Source: Trichinella spiralis
Taxonomy: Eukaryota
DNA: 54,354 bases
Assembly (NCBI RefSeq): GCF_000181795.1
Contig: NW_003526941.1
Coordinates: 9,802,605 to 9,856,958 of the forward strand
Direction: 5' to 3'
Made by a program: the position numbers and the translations under genes. The notes below the pieces were generated by a model. It was not told the DNA's origin. It searched no databases and worked only from the letters and a program-made list of their open reading frames with translations. This document shows, in pieces, positions 34,101-48,812 of this stretch. Each line of letters starts with the position of its first letter. The stretch's first letter is position 1.

Positions 34101-37100
34101 AGGTTTCTGCTTGTCCAGTGCACTTTGCATTGAATTTTCGGCAGCTTTATCCACTATGTCCAATGTCCACTTCAAGTCACGGATCGCTAAACTGACCGCT
34201 GTTTTTGTCAACCGATTCTGTTGCATCCTGCAACATTCTTCATGTCTTTCTAAACTGAAAGATTATTTATTTATTTATTTATTTGCATATTCTTATTTGA
34301 GTAATAAATAAAATATTTGTCGGTTGGTTTTTCTTTTTTCATCTTTTGTGTATAAGTTATATTTATTATTTTTGACCCTTTGGGGGGAAATACTATTTAT
34401 TCATAATTACCTGCAGGTCGTATTCTTCCGTCGTCAGTTGGTCTGGAAGAACCGTTCTTTTGACCATTACACAGCATTGATGACTTTGACCTTTTCTATT
34501 TGTGCTGCTCCTGTAAACCAGTGAGTGGTGAATTTATTCACAAATGTGAAAAAAGAAATTTTACAGATTGGTATTTTTTTTAAATTATTGTACAGAATAA
34601 TAATTTTTTTTCCTTTTTTTCAATAATTTTCTTTCACATTATGAACAATTTATTATAAAAATTATTGGAAATAATCATTAGATCAAATCAGTAATCTTTT
34701 ATGAACATTGTGTGTGTGTGTGTGTGTGTGGTTTGTGAAATTAAATTTCTTTCACAGAGGTAGGCATTTAACTTTTATGACAATGATTAATGTTTGGAAA
34801 ATTGTTTTCGATTTGCACAATTATTGTTGCAATTATATCCGAACAGTGAGATCCGCTTCGATGAACAGATTTTTGCCATTAGGTGTTTGAAAGCTTATTA
34901 GAAAAGCTATGACATTTGACGGCTTTTTGAATTTTCAAAAAAAGTAGATAAAGCCAAATGGAGTTTAAATTTTATTCCAACAGTTGTCCTGAAAATGGAA
35001 ACGATTATTGCAAAATGTTAATATCAACTGGCGCAGTTGTTTGTATGCTTTTTGATTACTTTTCCTAGTTTTTATTTTTATTCAGTGCCGGTTTGTAGTG
35101 TGGTCATCAAGCTTCTAGTGTTAGCTGCTAGCAGTTGTTGGTGAAATTTTGGTTGAAAGTTTTTTTCCTTTATCCTTGATCAGCGCGTCTGAAAAAATTG
35201 AATCTCAACATCTCTTATTTTTGTTCTACCGTGAAGAAATAATATTCAAATATTATTTATTCAATGTAAGTTGACTGAAATCATTATTGTAATCCGTTGA
35301 TTTTGAGTTGTTTACTTTTCTGAAACATGTTTGTTTACAACAGAATTTTCACAGTACTTGTCCAAAACAAGTGCAAGCTTTGGGGTGTGTTCTTTAATTA
35401 TATACAAAATGTTGGTTAGCGTTTCTAGTTTTTAACAATGCTTTTCTCTTTTAGCGAAATTTTCATTTTATAATTTAATAATAATAATAATAATAATAAT
35501 TGATGTGTTTGTCTTGTTGGTGGATTAATATTCCAACAAATATTATATTAAAACTAGTGTCGTCGTGTCGAGCGAGTCATCTCCTCAAAGTTTGTTTATT
35601 GTTCAACCAAAGTAGCAATAGTGCATGGAGATCGTGTCAAGATGGCTTTGTAGGCTATATGGATTAGTTAGCTGCTACTGGTGATGGTGATGGTGGTGGT
35701 AATTTTTCTTCTCCGCATGTTTCGGGATTGATCCATGTCAATAGTATTATTCGACACCAATTGCGCATGATGGCTCTAATTGAGAACTGCTGATCGAAAC
35801 GAACACTGACACACACACACACACACACAAACTGCTTGGGCCTGGGCCAAACCGAATTCCGTCGTTTTGTTGTCGAAAATCCAATCTATTTTGCTCTGCT
35901 TGTGCATCAATCAGCAACACCATTGGCTGGTTGACTGATTCGTTTGAGAAAATATTCTTTTCTACTAGTAAAAAGGTGAACAAAGCATTGCAGTTCTCAT
36001 TCAACATCAACATCAACATCTACATCCTAACCCTAATACATTAGGATGCTTTTTTAAATATTCTATTAGATAAACATTGTTTTGCTTCAATTCTTTTTTG
36101 CTCAACGAAAAAAATTCCATCTCTTATTGCTGCGACTGACCACTTCAGAGTCAGACAGTGGTGATGAATGCCGTGTAATATAATGAACAAGCAACTGGTG
36201 GTGCCAGCTGGTAGTAGCAGCAGCAGCAGCTAAATGATTCATAATGAAAGCTGTTTTGTAGAGATGTATTTATTTTTCCACTGCCACTGATACTGACGCC
36301 AAATGTTCTTTTCACTTAGCTAAACGAAATAACTAATATTACATATTGTATACGTAGAAAAGTAATGAGAAAAAAACGTATTGTTATGTTTTATATGTTG
36401 TACTTTTTTCTGTTATGATTGGAAGAAGTTTTCATTCTGTCTTGCCTGATAAAGAATATCCAATTTATGCATACAGTGTCCGGTGGAAATAAAGGTATCA
36501 CATTTTCTCGCCTATAATCTGATAGCTGAGAATTTGTGTAATAAATAATAGCAGCAGCATTTGCTTTCGCCGGACACGCAAGCAACAAATCAGTTTTTCG
36601 AACAAAGCGGTATGCTAAATAAAAAATGAGAAAAATACCGTCGGCTGCGTTGGGTAGCTTTGAATGTTTTGCCACTGCAATTCGCTGATTGACCGACCAC
36701 ATTAGCATTTTTTGGGCTTTTTCATCGACGTTTAATTGACATTCATCGGTATGTTTCGTGTTGATCATGTATGCATGTATGCAACATTGATTTGTAAAAA
36801 TTTATAAAGGTGGGGAAAAAAATTAAAAAAGATGGATAAAAATTATTTAATTTTTTTCCAATTTGATTTGGCAAGTTGTAATAAATGGTCAAGAGATCAG
36901 GGTTGTTTATGCAGGATTTTTTTTTGAATTGAACAAATTGACGAAATTTTTAAGCGATTTGATTTTAATTTATGTAATTTCCATGTCACATATCCAAACC
37001 ATGTACAGTTGAATTACGTGAATTATTTATTGATTGAAATCCATGAATTTTTTTTCTTTTTTCTTTTCTTCAAACCTTGCATATGTCGCATATTTTTTGA

Positions 37101-40100
37101 GCATTTTTTTGCACAGCAAGAAAGCATCCTTTAAAATGTTGAATTAAAAATTGTCACACATTTTTAATTTCAATGTTCTAGTTTTATTTTATTTTTTCTT
37201 GGGTATTCAAACTGCTTGTTCTACTTGTAAATGACTAGTCTGATGTTGATTTGCAATTATACTGAAACTTTAGGTGAAAAAATTTAATTATGTAAATTTG
37301 CAATGTTATGATTGAAAAAAAGTTTTTGGGTAACATTGCAGCAGCTTGTTGTGTTGACACCGGTCGGTCATCAACGACTGTCCATTGACACTGTGGCTGC
37401 TACTTGATGCTGTTCTGCAATGTCGGCTCTTTTTGACTGATTTCATTCATTCATTCATTCGTTCATTCATTCATTCATTCATATATCCATCATTATTATT
37501 ATTTGTCGGGGAAAAGTTACCGTTAAAGTTCACTGGGTCGTCTAGGTCTGCTGGGTGCCAACCCCCTTTTTTCTCTTTCAATGTTGACCTCGAATATGAA
37601 TATGAATATGACTGTAAAAAGACGGTCGTCTAATTTGAGCCGATGTTGAAAATATTGTGATACTAGATTCTATTAGACAGGCAAGCAGGTGTTGGAATTG
37701 GACCGGATTTTTAGCTTGCTTTTTTTTGGCTTGCGTAATCTTGCCCTAGCTTCATCCTCTACACCTGTTTGTTTTCACTGTTTGGCTTCACTCAACAGTA
37801 CCATCACCATCACCACCTGGTCGCCTGCTATTGTTGTTACCGTCATAATAACAATTGAATACATATCCTCTTTCTGTTGTTTTTAAGATTATCCAATCCA
37901 ATCGAATCCAATCCAATACAGATGATACTACTAGTTGACCGATTATATTGTATTATATTATATATATTAATTATTCAATTTTAGAAATAACAGTTCTCTG
38001 TTTTGTTTTGTAGATTCAAAAATTTTTAGTGTTTGCGTGTTGTCAAAGACTGGGTAGGTTAGCTAGAATCAGAGGGGAAAAATTTTTTTCCAGATAATTA
38101 CAATTATAAAAAAAAGATATGGAACAAAGTGAATAAAAGCATTTGTTGGGAAAAGAAGCAGACGTCAGCCGTCCAGCAGCAGTTTTGATGTTATTTATCA
38201 GTTGCCTCGAGGTTGAGAAGAGGATAGATAGCGGTTGAGTGGAGCTGATGACAAGTTGCAAAATGAAACACAGGCGCGCATACTGCTGCAACAGCAGTGT
38301 CTGAAGAAGTGGGATGAGCAAACTTTTAAAGCGTCCATGATTTTGAAGTATTTTAGAAAATTTTATGTATTTATAACAAATTCATTTCTCATCCTATGAA
38401 AAAATAAGATTTATAGATTTTCCATTATTCACAGTTGTCTATTTTTGTTTTGTTATCATTATAATTTTTCAAATATTGAAATATTATATTTGCAAAAAAA
38501 GAGTGAGCAATATTTTCGTTTTATTGTTTTAAATTATATTTAAATTGGTTCGTTTATTTGTTATTTCATCGTTGCAACAGTATGCATGTAATGAGCGAAT
38601 TAATAGGGAATTTTTACAACAACGAAAAATCATTTGACACGAGATGTGTGTGATGGTCGATTGACAATGACAGAATTTGATGTCGTTTGTCTAATTGCTT
38701 GCTTGCTTGCTGCTCGAAATATGCAAAGCCAGTCCAGTTTAACCCAACCCCCATCACAAGATCGACCGACACCTTCTCTTGGCTTGTCATCATCCTGTTT
38801 TGAACGAATCAACAATGCTTCCTTCTTTTTGCTTGTGTTTGAATTTTTTTTCACTTTTACTATGTTATTATTTGTTGTTGTTGTAAAAAAAGGGTGTGGT
38901 TAGCTTGATAAAATGAGAACTATATATATATATTTTTTTTTAATTTGATTATTTTGCAAGTTTTTCACAATTTCAATTTGTTTTTTTTCTTGTTTTGTGG
39001 AGTGTATAATCCATATAATGTTGCACTGTTCGTGTGTTTTTCTTTTTTCCAGCTGTTTTTTTGTCCACAACTTTGAAAATCTGTTTTTTCCATTAAACTA
39101 AAGTACAGTTATTTAAGAGTATCTAATAAATTTAATTTTTATCCGCCAATTATGAAGATAAAAAGAAAAAATACATTCAATTTATTCAGTGATAATGAAT
39201 TTTATATTTGAAATTAGTTTACATTTGAAAATTATCCATTACGCAATATTGCGTATCAAATCTAGTGGGAATGTAAAAGAATTGGCACGTGATTATAAAT
39301 TGAGAAAAGAGACCAAAGAGGAATATTGGGAAATTTCATGCCAACTTCAAGCTGTAGATGGACAGACAGACAGTTTGATCATTTTTAGCATTCACGAATT
39401 TGAGCTTCTTGTCGAATATATTTATCTCTTATCTGATTTATTTAACATGATATATTTGTAATTGACAAGTTTATTCATCTCGGATGACATGCAGGCATGA
39501 GCAGTGGACCGGTCAAAGAGGAGAATGAGCGATTGTAGTAGTGTTGTAAGTTAGTAGTTGGTGTTTAACATTTAGTTTTTTTTCCGTCCTATGGAAAATT
39601 TCTTTAGAATATCACGTAAAATTTGTTTTCTGATTCAATATTAATTAAAAAAAATTTTTTTTTAATTGGTCACGACGAAAGCGCAACACCAATAATGATC
39701 ATCAACTAACTGGTCGGTCACGAGGTGATCTAGCAGCGCTATTGGCCTAAAATATAATTTGATTGGTCAGTTGGTGAAATTGACCCTCCTCCCATTTGTG
39801 CGTTTCAGTTTCTCGATGTTCTTCTGTTGCCTGAATAAGTTGAAAAATAATGAGAGACAAAAAAATGCATAGAGTGGTAGTGACAGACATAAGCATGACT
39901 GCCCGCGCGCGCGCATACACACATTAAGCAGGAATAAAAAAGGTAGAGAGAGAGAGAGAGAGGTCGACGCCAATCAACGGTCATTTGCTGCTCGATGACC
40001 ATGCAGTAAATGGACACGATGGGTGGCGCCTGTCGTCCTCAATTCTATACCGCTTTCCAACTGTTATTTTTTGTGTATGGCTATTTTTGAAATGGTCAGT

Positions 40101-40401
40101 TGCATGCACACCTCCACCTTTGTGCAGCTGGTCAGCGTCATGCAGTCACGACAGGCAGCTTGGAAAAAAATAATTCCGTTGTGCATTTTTTATTTTCCAT
40201 TGTTATTTATCCTTTTAGGAATTTTTGTTCATTGTTATTATATTTCTTTCCACTTTTTATTATTAAGCTTTATTCGGGTCAAATGATAAAGTTGATGTTT
40301 CTCTTTTTCTTTTTTCAGCTTTGTTACGAAAAAGTGCAAGTTAAGAGAAGCACTGTTGTTGATATAGAGATAGTGTTCGTTAGTTCGCTTAATCGTCTGC
40401 C

Positions 40402-41871
40402 ATGACCACTACTACCACAGTATTCGGTGCTTGTTACAGTGGAATTATATCCCAGTTATGCTCATTCAACATTTTGTTGCTTCTTGAAACTTTTCGGTTA
40501 TGTTTGGCATTGGATCTCGGTAAGCATTTATTCTTATGTAATATAGAATTGCTTATTCATGTATTTTGTTTGCTTGTTTTAATTTTACTGATTGCTTTGA
40601 AAATTAAATTTTAACCATCAGAAGAATCTAGTGATGACTTTATTTTATGCCTATATATATATATATATGTATATATAATAGTGCTCATATCTAGTACATC
40701 ATACATGAAATCAAACTACAAATTGAATTGATTTAATAATTATTATTATTTGAGCAGACTAACTTGATTATAATTATGATTATGATTATTGTTGTTGGTT
40801 GTAGTAGTATGATTACTGATGATATATTGCATGGTTTGTTGTTCATTTTATTGTTTGTTGCAAGTTGGCAGCATATTTTGTTGCGTTTCGAGAGCTGGTG
40901 AAAGATAATATGTACAGGTCAGCGCCCTTTTTTAATGTCCGTCACGGTGGCCGCTGACTGTCCTACCGCATCCTTCTCTTTTCTTTTAATAACGAAAATT
41001 TTTAATTTTCTACTATTCAATTATGAAGTAAAAAATGTTAAAAAAGATCATGTTTTATAATTATATATGTATAATATTGTTGTTGTTGTTGTTGTTATTT
41101 TTGTGTTTATAAAAAATGTGAGTCTTGTTAAAAGTTGAAATGTTTATTTAGAAGGATATAGATTGTGTAATTTTTCAATTATTTCAATGAATTATTCCCA
41201 GTCGCTCATATTTGGTTTGATAAATTGCAGTTTGAATATTTCCCGTCCAGTGAATTCATTCCGCAATAAAAATAAAGCTGCATGGCATGTAAAATTTTGG
41301 CAATTGTTTGAGTTTGTCAATCAGTTAATTTTCGACTGTTAATTTTCTACTGAATTTCCACCTGCCGCACGCAGCAAATGCCCAGAAGAATAACAATTAT
41401 TTATTCTATTTTGGCTTGGTTTCTTCTTTGAGTCGGTTCCTCCAAGTCTGCCTTACTCTATAATATTGTTCATGTCAGGTGCTTTGTCTTTGGCGTGGAT
41501 AAAAGAAGCAATACCCCAAATTGAAGATCAAGAAGTGGTTGGAGAAAATGTGTTTCATTTTCTTCATATGTGTTATAATTTTGACTTAAATCTGCCACCA
41601 TAAACGTAATAATTATTTTAACTGACACATTACATGTCTTTTATTTTTATGCTATTGTGCTATTGTTACTGCTGTTTTTTATTTTAAATTGTTTATAGTT
41701 TATCAAAATTTTCATTTTAATTTTCAGGTAGTTGTTATGATGCACTTGGTATGGAATCTGGTGCAATTTTGGACCAGGATATAAGTGCAAGTTCATCTTT
41801 TGATGAAGCTAGCGTTGGGGCCCAATACGCCAGGTGAGAGCGTCGTTTGTAATTTTATCATTTCATATATA

Positions 41872-41907
<36 letters not shown>

Positions 41908-42029
41908 TGTATATTATTGTTTTTTTCATTTCTACTACATAACAGTTAGCTTTAGTTGCGTATCGTTGTTTTTCTTTTCTTTTCTTTATTGTTAAGGGCA
42001 TTTTCATACGAGCTGATTAACTAAAATGG

Positions 42030-42072
<43 letters not shown>

Positions 42073-45000
42073 TACGATGGTGTTCTGATCGATCAACGCT
42101 TGCTTTCAGTGTATAATGCTTTCATCTTTAGTGAATGCTGTTGCACATGGCGCTAGCTATTGTGATTCACTTTTTCAGTTGCTGTTAAGCTATTAGTGTT
42201 AAAATTGGAAAAGTTTTCATTCCATTACGTGTTGCATTCATTGTAACTATAGTAGTAGTTAGTCTGCGCGCACACACCCACACTTACAATTTATAGTGGT
42301 GATTGTTTCCTATATATCTATATATATAATGTATTATTGTTCTTTTGTTCAGAATTCGAATCGATAATGCAGGCGGGGCTTGGTGCCCGAGGACGCAGAT
42401 TGACGAAACCCAATACGAGTATCTGGAAGTAAACTTGCAGCAATTGCACGTTTTGACCGCCGTTGAAACTCAGGGAAGGTTCGGCGGCGGTCATGGCAAA
42501 GAATATCCTCTTCATTACATACTCGAATATTGGAGACCTGGTCGTGGTGGTCAATGGATGCGCTACAAAGATCAGCAACGAAATGAAGTTTGTATTATTT
42601 AAAATTTTAATCAAATTGCATGCAGTTCAGTCGATGAAAGCGGCGAGAATGACAACAAGCAGTTCAGTTGTTGCTTTATGAATTTGAGAAATATTTTTCA
42701 AATATTTTCCTAAGGTTTTAAATATAATTTGATAATGAAATAAATGCAGTAGTGGAAAAAGTGAAATGAGTTTTCTTTTATTTCAAATAGAAGCGAATTT
42801 GATGAATGAAATGGGATTAATCGCTGTTCTTGATGCGTGATTTTATTTTTTCTTCTCACGAAACTATAATTATTTTATCAGTATTGGCTTTGTTTAAATT
42901 TTAATTTAAACAATTTTCATGATTGATAAAAATGCATTCTTTATGAAGGGTTGGGTTTTATAATAATTTAATTTTTGTACTTGTGGATGTGCAAGCAAGC
43001 AAATACATTTCTTTTTCCTGTTGAACCGAATAAGAAGGGAGGCAAATCATTTTGTAAAAATCACGTTGTCACGTTTTTTCAACTATTGGCGGCTACTTTT
43101 TGATACTGCTATTTATGGCTAATCTGCATTCTTGATCAGAAGACAAAGCAGGACGAGGTTATGGTGACCCGGCAAGGGTGGCGCCAGTCAGCGGACTGAT
43201 TGACCATCAATTATTATTACTGTATCTTTTCTTTGCAGAGGGCTAATTTGCCATCATTGACAAAAAAGCTTCATCATAACATCTCTTTCGCGTTTATTAT
43301 TTTATTAATTAGCCTGATGAGATGTTTTCTGTTTAAATTTGTATTCAAAGAGCGAGAAGTCTTGCAGAATAATAGTTAGTTAGTTAGTTAGTTAGTTATC
43401 TTGATGAAATTCTGATACATCATGTACAAAAAATGAGGACAACAGCCGTTTGCAGTTTGCCCATCATATTTTGTTATTTGTGAATACTTTTTATAGTCGT
43501 AATAAATGTCAATGGAGATTATGATAAAGAGATTTCATTGAATGTGCTGTTACATGTAGATTAATTAATGCGTTTTGTTCGATCTATTTGATACAACTTG
43601 GTGCAATAAATTATTTTTTTATTCATTCTCTGCAATAAAAAAAAGAAATCTGTCACTATTGAAATATCACATGATTTAGCTCAGTGTTCAACGTTGATTT
43701 TTTTAAAATTTTGTTTCAGCTTATAAAGGCTAATTTCGATACAAACACTGCCGTGAAGATTGTTTTGGATTCACCTGTTATTGCTTCCCGGGTACGCATC
43801 GTACCTTTTTCGAAATATCCCCGTACAGTATGCATGCGATTGGAATTATACGGCTGCAAATATGAAGGTACGACAATTTTTGTTTCTTAATCCATGCGTA
43901 CAACAAGTATGTGTGTGTGTGTGTGTGTGTGTTTTGTGAAACTGGGAAATAAGTTTATTTATCCCTTTTTCTCTATTGAGAATCTCCATTGCTGATGTGT
44001 ATATACGTGCTTTTATGTATTTAAACCCATCGTGGGAATTTTCCTAAATTGATCTAAAGTTGTTTGCTTTGCAATTGTTGAAATATTACTTACTGATCGC
44101 ACCAGTGTTTGTTTTGCTTACCGAAAGAGAGAGGTTGGTTGCTCTGGTGCCAGGCGCTTTGTTATTATACGTTGCTTATTTTTGGTCTGTTGATCAAATT
44201 GGAGATTGTTGGACACTTGGGCGGGCGACGCTTTTAATGTAAAATTTTTATGTACTGTAATTATTATTTTTGTTTTAGAAGGCGTTATTGCTTACTCTGT
44301 ACCTCAGGGTGATTTGGATGAAAACGCAGATTTTACCGATAAAACTTACGACGGTGTACAAGATGCGAATGGTGTCCTTCAGCATGGTCTCGGACAATTG
44401 ACCGATGGTCATATTGGTGGAGCTAATGATTTCACTAACTTTGCCGATCCGTACAAATTCCCTTCTTCTTTTACTTATCAGTGGGTTGGCTGGAAAAGTT
44501 CCGGACCCGGTTCAACGGTTGAAATTGTCTTTTCATTCGATCAGCCGCGCAATTTCAGCGCCGTTTCTATCCACATTTCGGACGCCCATAATTCTTTTTC
44601 CCATTTGTCTGTTTTGTTCAGTTTTGATGGTAGACGTTTTTTGGAAGTTCAAAACGAAGCACTTCGACCAGATCCAAACTCTTCAAGTGAGTCATTTTTT
44701 GCATTTATCTTTTTCTATTTTTGACAAAACACTGCTTGCTTGTTTGCAATATCTGCAGAACGTGCCTCCGGTTGGCTCGTTGTTCCCACACGTCCACGAG
44801 TAGCCCAGTTCGTCAAGCTCAGCTTTGAACTCTCCTCGAAAATGCTTTTCATAAGTGAAATTCAATTTGCATCAGGTAAGCAGATATACATATATTAATA
44901 CTTTTCAATGCTACTGTTTTTACAAACAATTAATTATTATATCAATTTTAATGTACTTGTTAATAAAATGGATGGAACAACACCAAGCTGTCTATTTCCC

Positions 45001-47961
45001 TAATAATAACTGGCAGCAGTTTTATTTACTTCTGTGATTAATGATGTTTCACTTTCTTTCTTCTGATGAGTGAATTTTCAAAATTGGTTCTTGTTAGCAA
45101 AGCTGTTCCAAATATTTGATACGTAATGTGCAATAAAATTGTGTTGTTGTGACGAAATCTTGTGATATAGCTTTTTTTTATTCGTGCATTTCAAAATCTA
45201 ATAATAGTCGTAGCTTACAAACGTTTCAAGTAACGCGAAAATGGCAAGAAAACAAACGCAATGAAAATAACAAAAAATTCTTTTAGAATAGAATATTTTT
45301 GATTGCATATTTTTGTGTATCTTAAATATTATTTCTGATTTTTTTAGATTTATATTGTTGTATTAAGTATAAATTATTTATTTCTTTATATCTTTATGTT
45401 TTTTTAGATGTACTGGTTGAAAACGTAACCGATCATGTGAAAATGTTTGCAAGCAATGGTCATTCGTCTGAATCTGGTAATGAAAATGTTATATTTCATT
45501 ATACTATATTTTTATGATTATCACAATTTTAAAGATGAAATACTTTCTACTTTTGTAAAATTGTTTGTCATTTTTTGATAATGATGACATTTCGATAATA
45601 TACAGTGTGAATTATGCGTTGTAGTGATTTAAAAAAATATATATGTATATATGTGTGTGTGTTGTAATTGAAGGGAAAGAATTTAAAGTTGACGAAACAG
45701 CAGTTAATAATTTTGTCGTTGCTCCAGTTGGTGCTCTGTCTGTGGAGTACATTTTCCTCATTGTGGGTGAGTTCGACTTGTACATTTCAGTTGTCAGTGG
45801 TGCACAAAATGCGAATGATATAATCTGATTAAATTTTAGGCATATTCAGCGGCTGTTTTATATTTGTCGTTGTGATAGCTTTGTTAGCTGTACGACAGAG
45901 GCAGAGAAAATCGTCATCACCGGCATATTCAGGTTTGAAGTCACCCCAACGACCGGAACATATCATAGTCGATTTGAAGACTGGCCAGATGAAAGTGCTT
46001 TCTGACGAAGAATCATGGGCGCCGTTTTTTTGTCATGATAAAACGGCCAATATGCGCAGTAATTTTTATGTGATTGATTCTGAAAACTGTACTCTGAGCA
46101 AAGTTGTTGACTTCTCTCTTCCTGAAAAACAAGCGCTATCCCATCATCATCCATGTTATTCAATTGGTACGTTTCATTTCATTTTATTATTTATTCATTT
46201 ATTTATTCAAATGTTTTAAATTGTTTAGAACCAGTTCAAAGTGAAAGTTTGTCAACGAGTCCATTGCTTCCAAACAAAAAAAAATCATCGTCCTCTGATG
46301 ATTGCTCTTCACCATGTGCTGCATCGACCTGTGTACCACATAGTGAGAGTAGTATAAAGCCTGCAAAAGCGTGCAGTGCGACTGTTCCTCGACCAAACAG
46401 TTTTCACTCGGATTATGATAATCCTTCGTTGCATTATGCATCTTCAGACGTGAAAGTGTTGGTCAGCTGTGATCCTAGGTTATTTTTTTCACAAAAACTT
46501 TTCAGAAACTTCCATTCCGATTGTGTGTGTGTAAGCTGTTAATTTTTAGACCTTACGGAGGCAAACAACTGGCAAATATTCCACGGCCCAGATTGGTACG
46601 GTTGAGTGATTTTAGAGTTTTAGAAAAGATTGGCGAAGGACAATACGGTGAAGTACATCTTTGTATGTGGTCAGAGGGCAGCGAAGATCATCAACTTGTT
46701 GCTGTGAAATGTCTGCGAACTGGAACCATTGACAACGTGCGGTAATATAGTTGCTGCTTATTATTATTTCATATTTCTTGTAACTATATATTTTGAATAC
46801 AGTTTAATTATTAATTTTTATCAAACAATAAATCAGTCGAATGATAATTAAATAAATTGGTGATTTTTTTCAAATTATTACTGACAGCGTTTGTTGTATT
46901 TTAATATCAGTGGTTTCATTTTAGCGAGGCATTTCAACGGGAATTTGATGTACTTTCCAACTTGTCCGACCGTAATTTAGTTCATATTCTTGGCATTAAC
47001 ATGGAAGAAGATCCTTGGTTTATGGTTATGGAATATTTATGTTACGGCAATTTGAATCATTTTCTTCGTTCCAGGGAGAAGAAATTGCTAAAGTAAGTAG
47101 TTAGCCGAATATTTTTAAATTTAGTAGTTTTTAAGTAAAAGTTATTTTTAAGTAAATTAAGTTTTTAAATTTAGTAAAAGTAAATTGCTTTCATTTTCAA
47201 AAAGAAATTTTTTATTTACAGTTATGGCACGCTTGTTTACATGGCTACTCAGATAGCCTCTGGGATGAAATATCTAGAAAATTTGAATTTCGTACATCGT
47301 GATTTAGCCACGCGCAATTGTTTGGTTGGTGATCGGTATTTTGTCAAGATTGGTGATTTTGGCATGACACAGAGTGAATTTTCACGCGATTACGTTCAAA
47401 TTGATGACAATTACGTTGTGCCGATACGATGGATGCCTTGGGAAAGTTTGTTCAAGGTAATGTAATGAGCTTAGCTTGTAGTAGTAGTAAGTTATGATTA
47501 TATATATTTATTTATCTATATGCTGTGCAATTTTTATAGAAAGAGTTTTCAACAAAATCGGATGTTTGGTCGTTTGCAGTATTGTTGTGGGAAATTTTAA
47601 ACCGCGGTGCATCTTATCCATATGAGAATCTGACTGATGAAGAAATTATTGAAAATGTCAGGCGGGTCTTTTATCAAGATGACAGAGCAGTGAGAAGAAT
47701 TTTTGATTAATTATATTTTTTTACAGTTTTGGTATTTTGCTTTGCTTTTGTTTCTTTTAGATTTATTTGCTTCAGCCTGCGATATGCTGCAAGGAGATGT
47801 ATTCACTGATGCTGGAGTGCTGGCAACGAAACCCATCCAAAAGACCAACATTCCGTGAAATTCACTTGTTTTTACTGAGGAAGAATCTCGGTTATTCACC
47901 GCTTGCAAGTGAAACCATTACTTCTACCCAGCAGCCTTTTTTATACTGCCCATGCCAATGA
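40402..47961 (+). CDS. ddr: Discoidin domain receptor tyrosine kinase (~938 aa); exons 40402-40519, 41728-41833, 42353-42587, 43720-43867, 44279-44686, 44759-44875, 45408-45476, 45674-45766, 45840-46166, 46229-46478, 46550-46741, 46925-47092, 47222-47456, 47540-47689, 47761-47961
   Basis: Signal peptide; DS domain ([42 protein letters not shown]); DS-like domain ([18 protein letters not shown]); TM; kinase ([37 protein letters not shown]). All junctions are GT-AG and in phase (2817 nt). Confidence 0.95.
42032..42072. repeat. (TTA)n microsatellite in a DDR intron; other simple repeats include (GT)n ~34709 and ~43909, (CA)n ~35808, (TATG)n ~41878, (TTCA)n ~37441, (AG)n ~29387 and ~39946
   Basis: Direct read of tandem units. 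Confidence 0.9.
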
Positions 47962-48013
47962 AAAAGCCCTTTACATCTTCCCCAGTGACGTCTGTTATCT
48001 GCAATTACCATCA

Positions 48014-48098
48014 TATATTATATTATATTATATTATATTATATTATATTATATTATATTATATTATATTATATTATATTATATTATATTATATTATAT
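48014..48098. repeat. (TATTA)n pentanucleotide microsatellite, about 17 units, in the DDR 3' flank
   Basis: Direct read of tandem TATTA units. Confidence 0.95.
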
Positions 48099-48437
48099 AT
48101 AATATTTGTAATATGATTTAAAAAAAATATCTGTTTTATTTTTATGGTAGCCAAATGAAGTTTAATTATTTTTTGAAGTCAATTTTTCTAAATGAAATTT
48201 ACTTTTGAATGCTCAACAACAACAATATCAGTAGTAAATAACACAGAATAACAAGAATAATGAACAACAATGTCAATAAGAAACAATGGAGAGTGAAGTG
48301 CATAATAAACAAAAGCAAATAGCAGATAATAAAACAATGAAGAATAAAGTGAAAAATGAACCACAGCAAATAACAGATAATGGTAATAATATGTAATAAT
48401 AATGTAATAATATAAAACCACCACTTGAAAGGCGCCA

Positions 48438-48812
48438 TAAAATTGGTTCTGGCGTGAGGTCCATTAAAACTTCAAGAAACTGCTCCAAAGTACGCCTGCC
48501 GCTGGTCTATTCACCCGTATACATCATAACCCATCGTTGCTTTTCAGCGTACCTACTACTTATTTGTCTAATGGAACCAGCGGCAGAATTTCTTGAGAGC
48601 AGCTGGTTAGCGTTTCCATTACGCCTCGTTCTTCTTTAAGAAAATGGAGTAGCCTGTACAATCCATGCTTAATTTCACCCGCTTTTTTGTTGAGCTGATT
48701 ATGCCAGCCAGCCTTCCAAGTGGTTATTAGTCTGTATCATTCATACGCTACGATATGTACATTCCAAGGCGATAGTTTGTCATCGGTCATGCACTCTTGC
48801 CTAAAGTAATGA
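48438..48812 (-). mobile_element. Degenerate Mutator-like (MULE) transposase C-terminal fragment
   Basis: Minus-strand translation with frameshifts and stops: YFRQECMTDDKLSPWNVH..TNNHLEGW/HNQLNKKAG..GLYRLLHFLKEERGVMETL..YTGE*TSGRRTLEQFLEVLMDLTPEPI. RTNNxxEGWH carries the MULE catalytic Glu. It resembles a repeat I recall as common in Trichinella. Confidence 0.8.

Noticed and set aside
32756..34524. Hydrophobic 66-115 aa ORFs upstream of DDR
   Set aside because: Mostly non-ATG starts and Phe/Leu/Ile bias from T-rich non-coding DNA; no domain signal.
48188..48438. Hydrophobic 78-79 aa minus-strand ORFs resembling membrane proteins
   Set aside because: Translation of the low-complexity A-rich flank of the MULE remnant.
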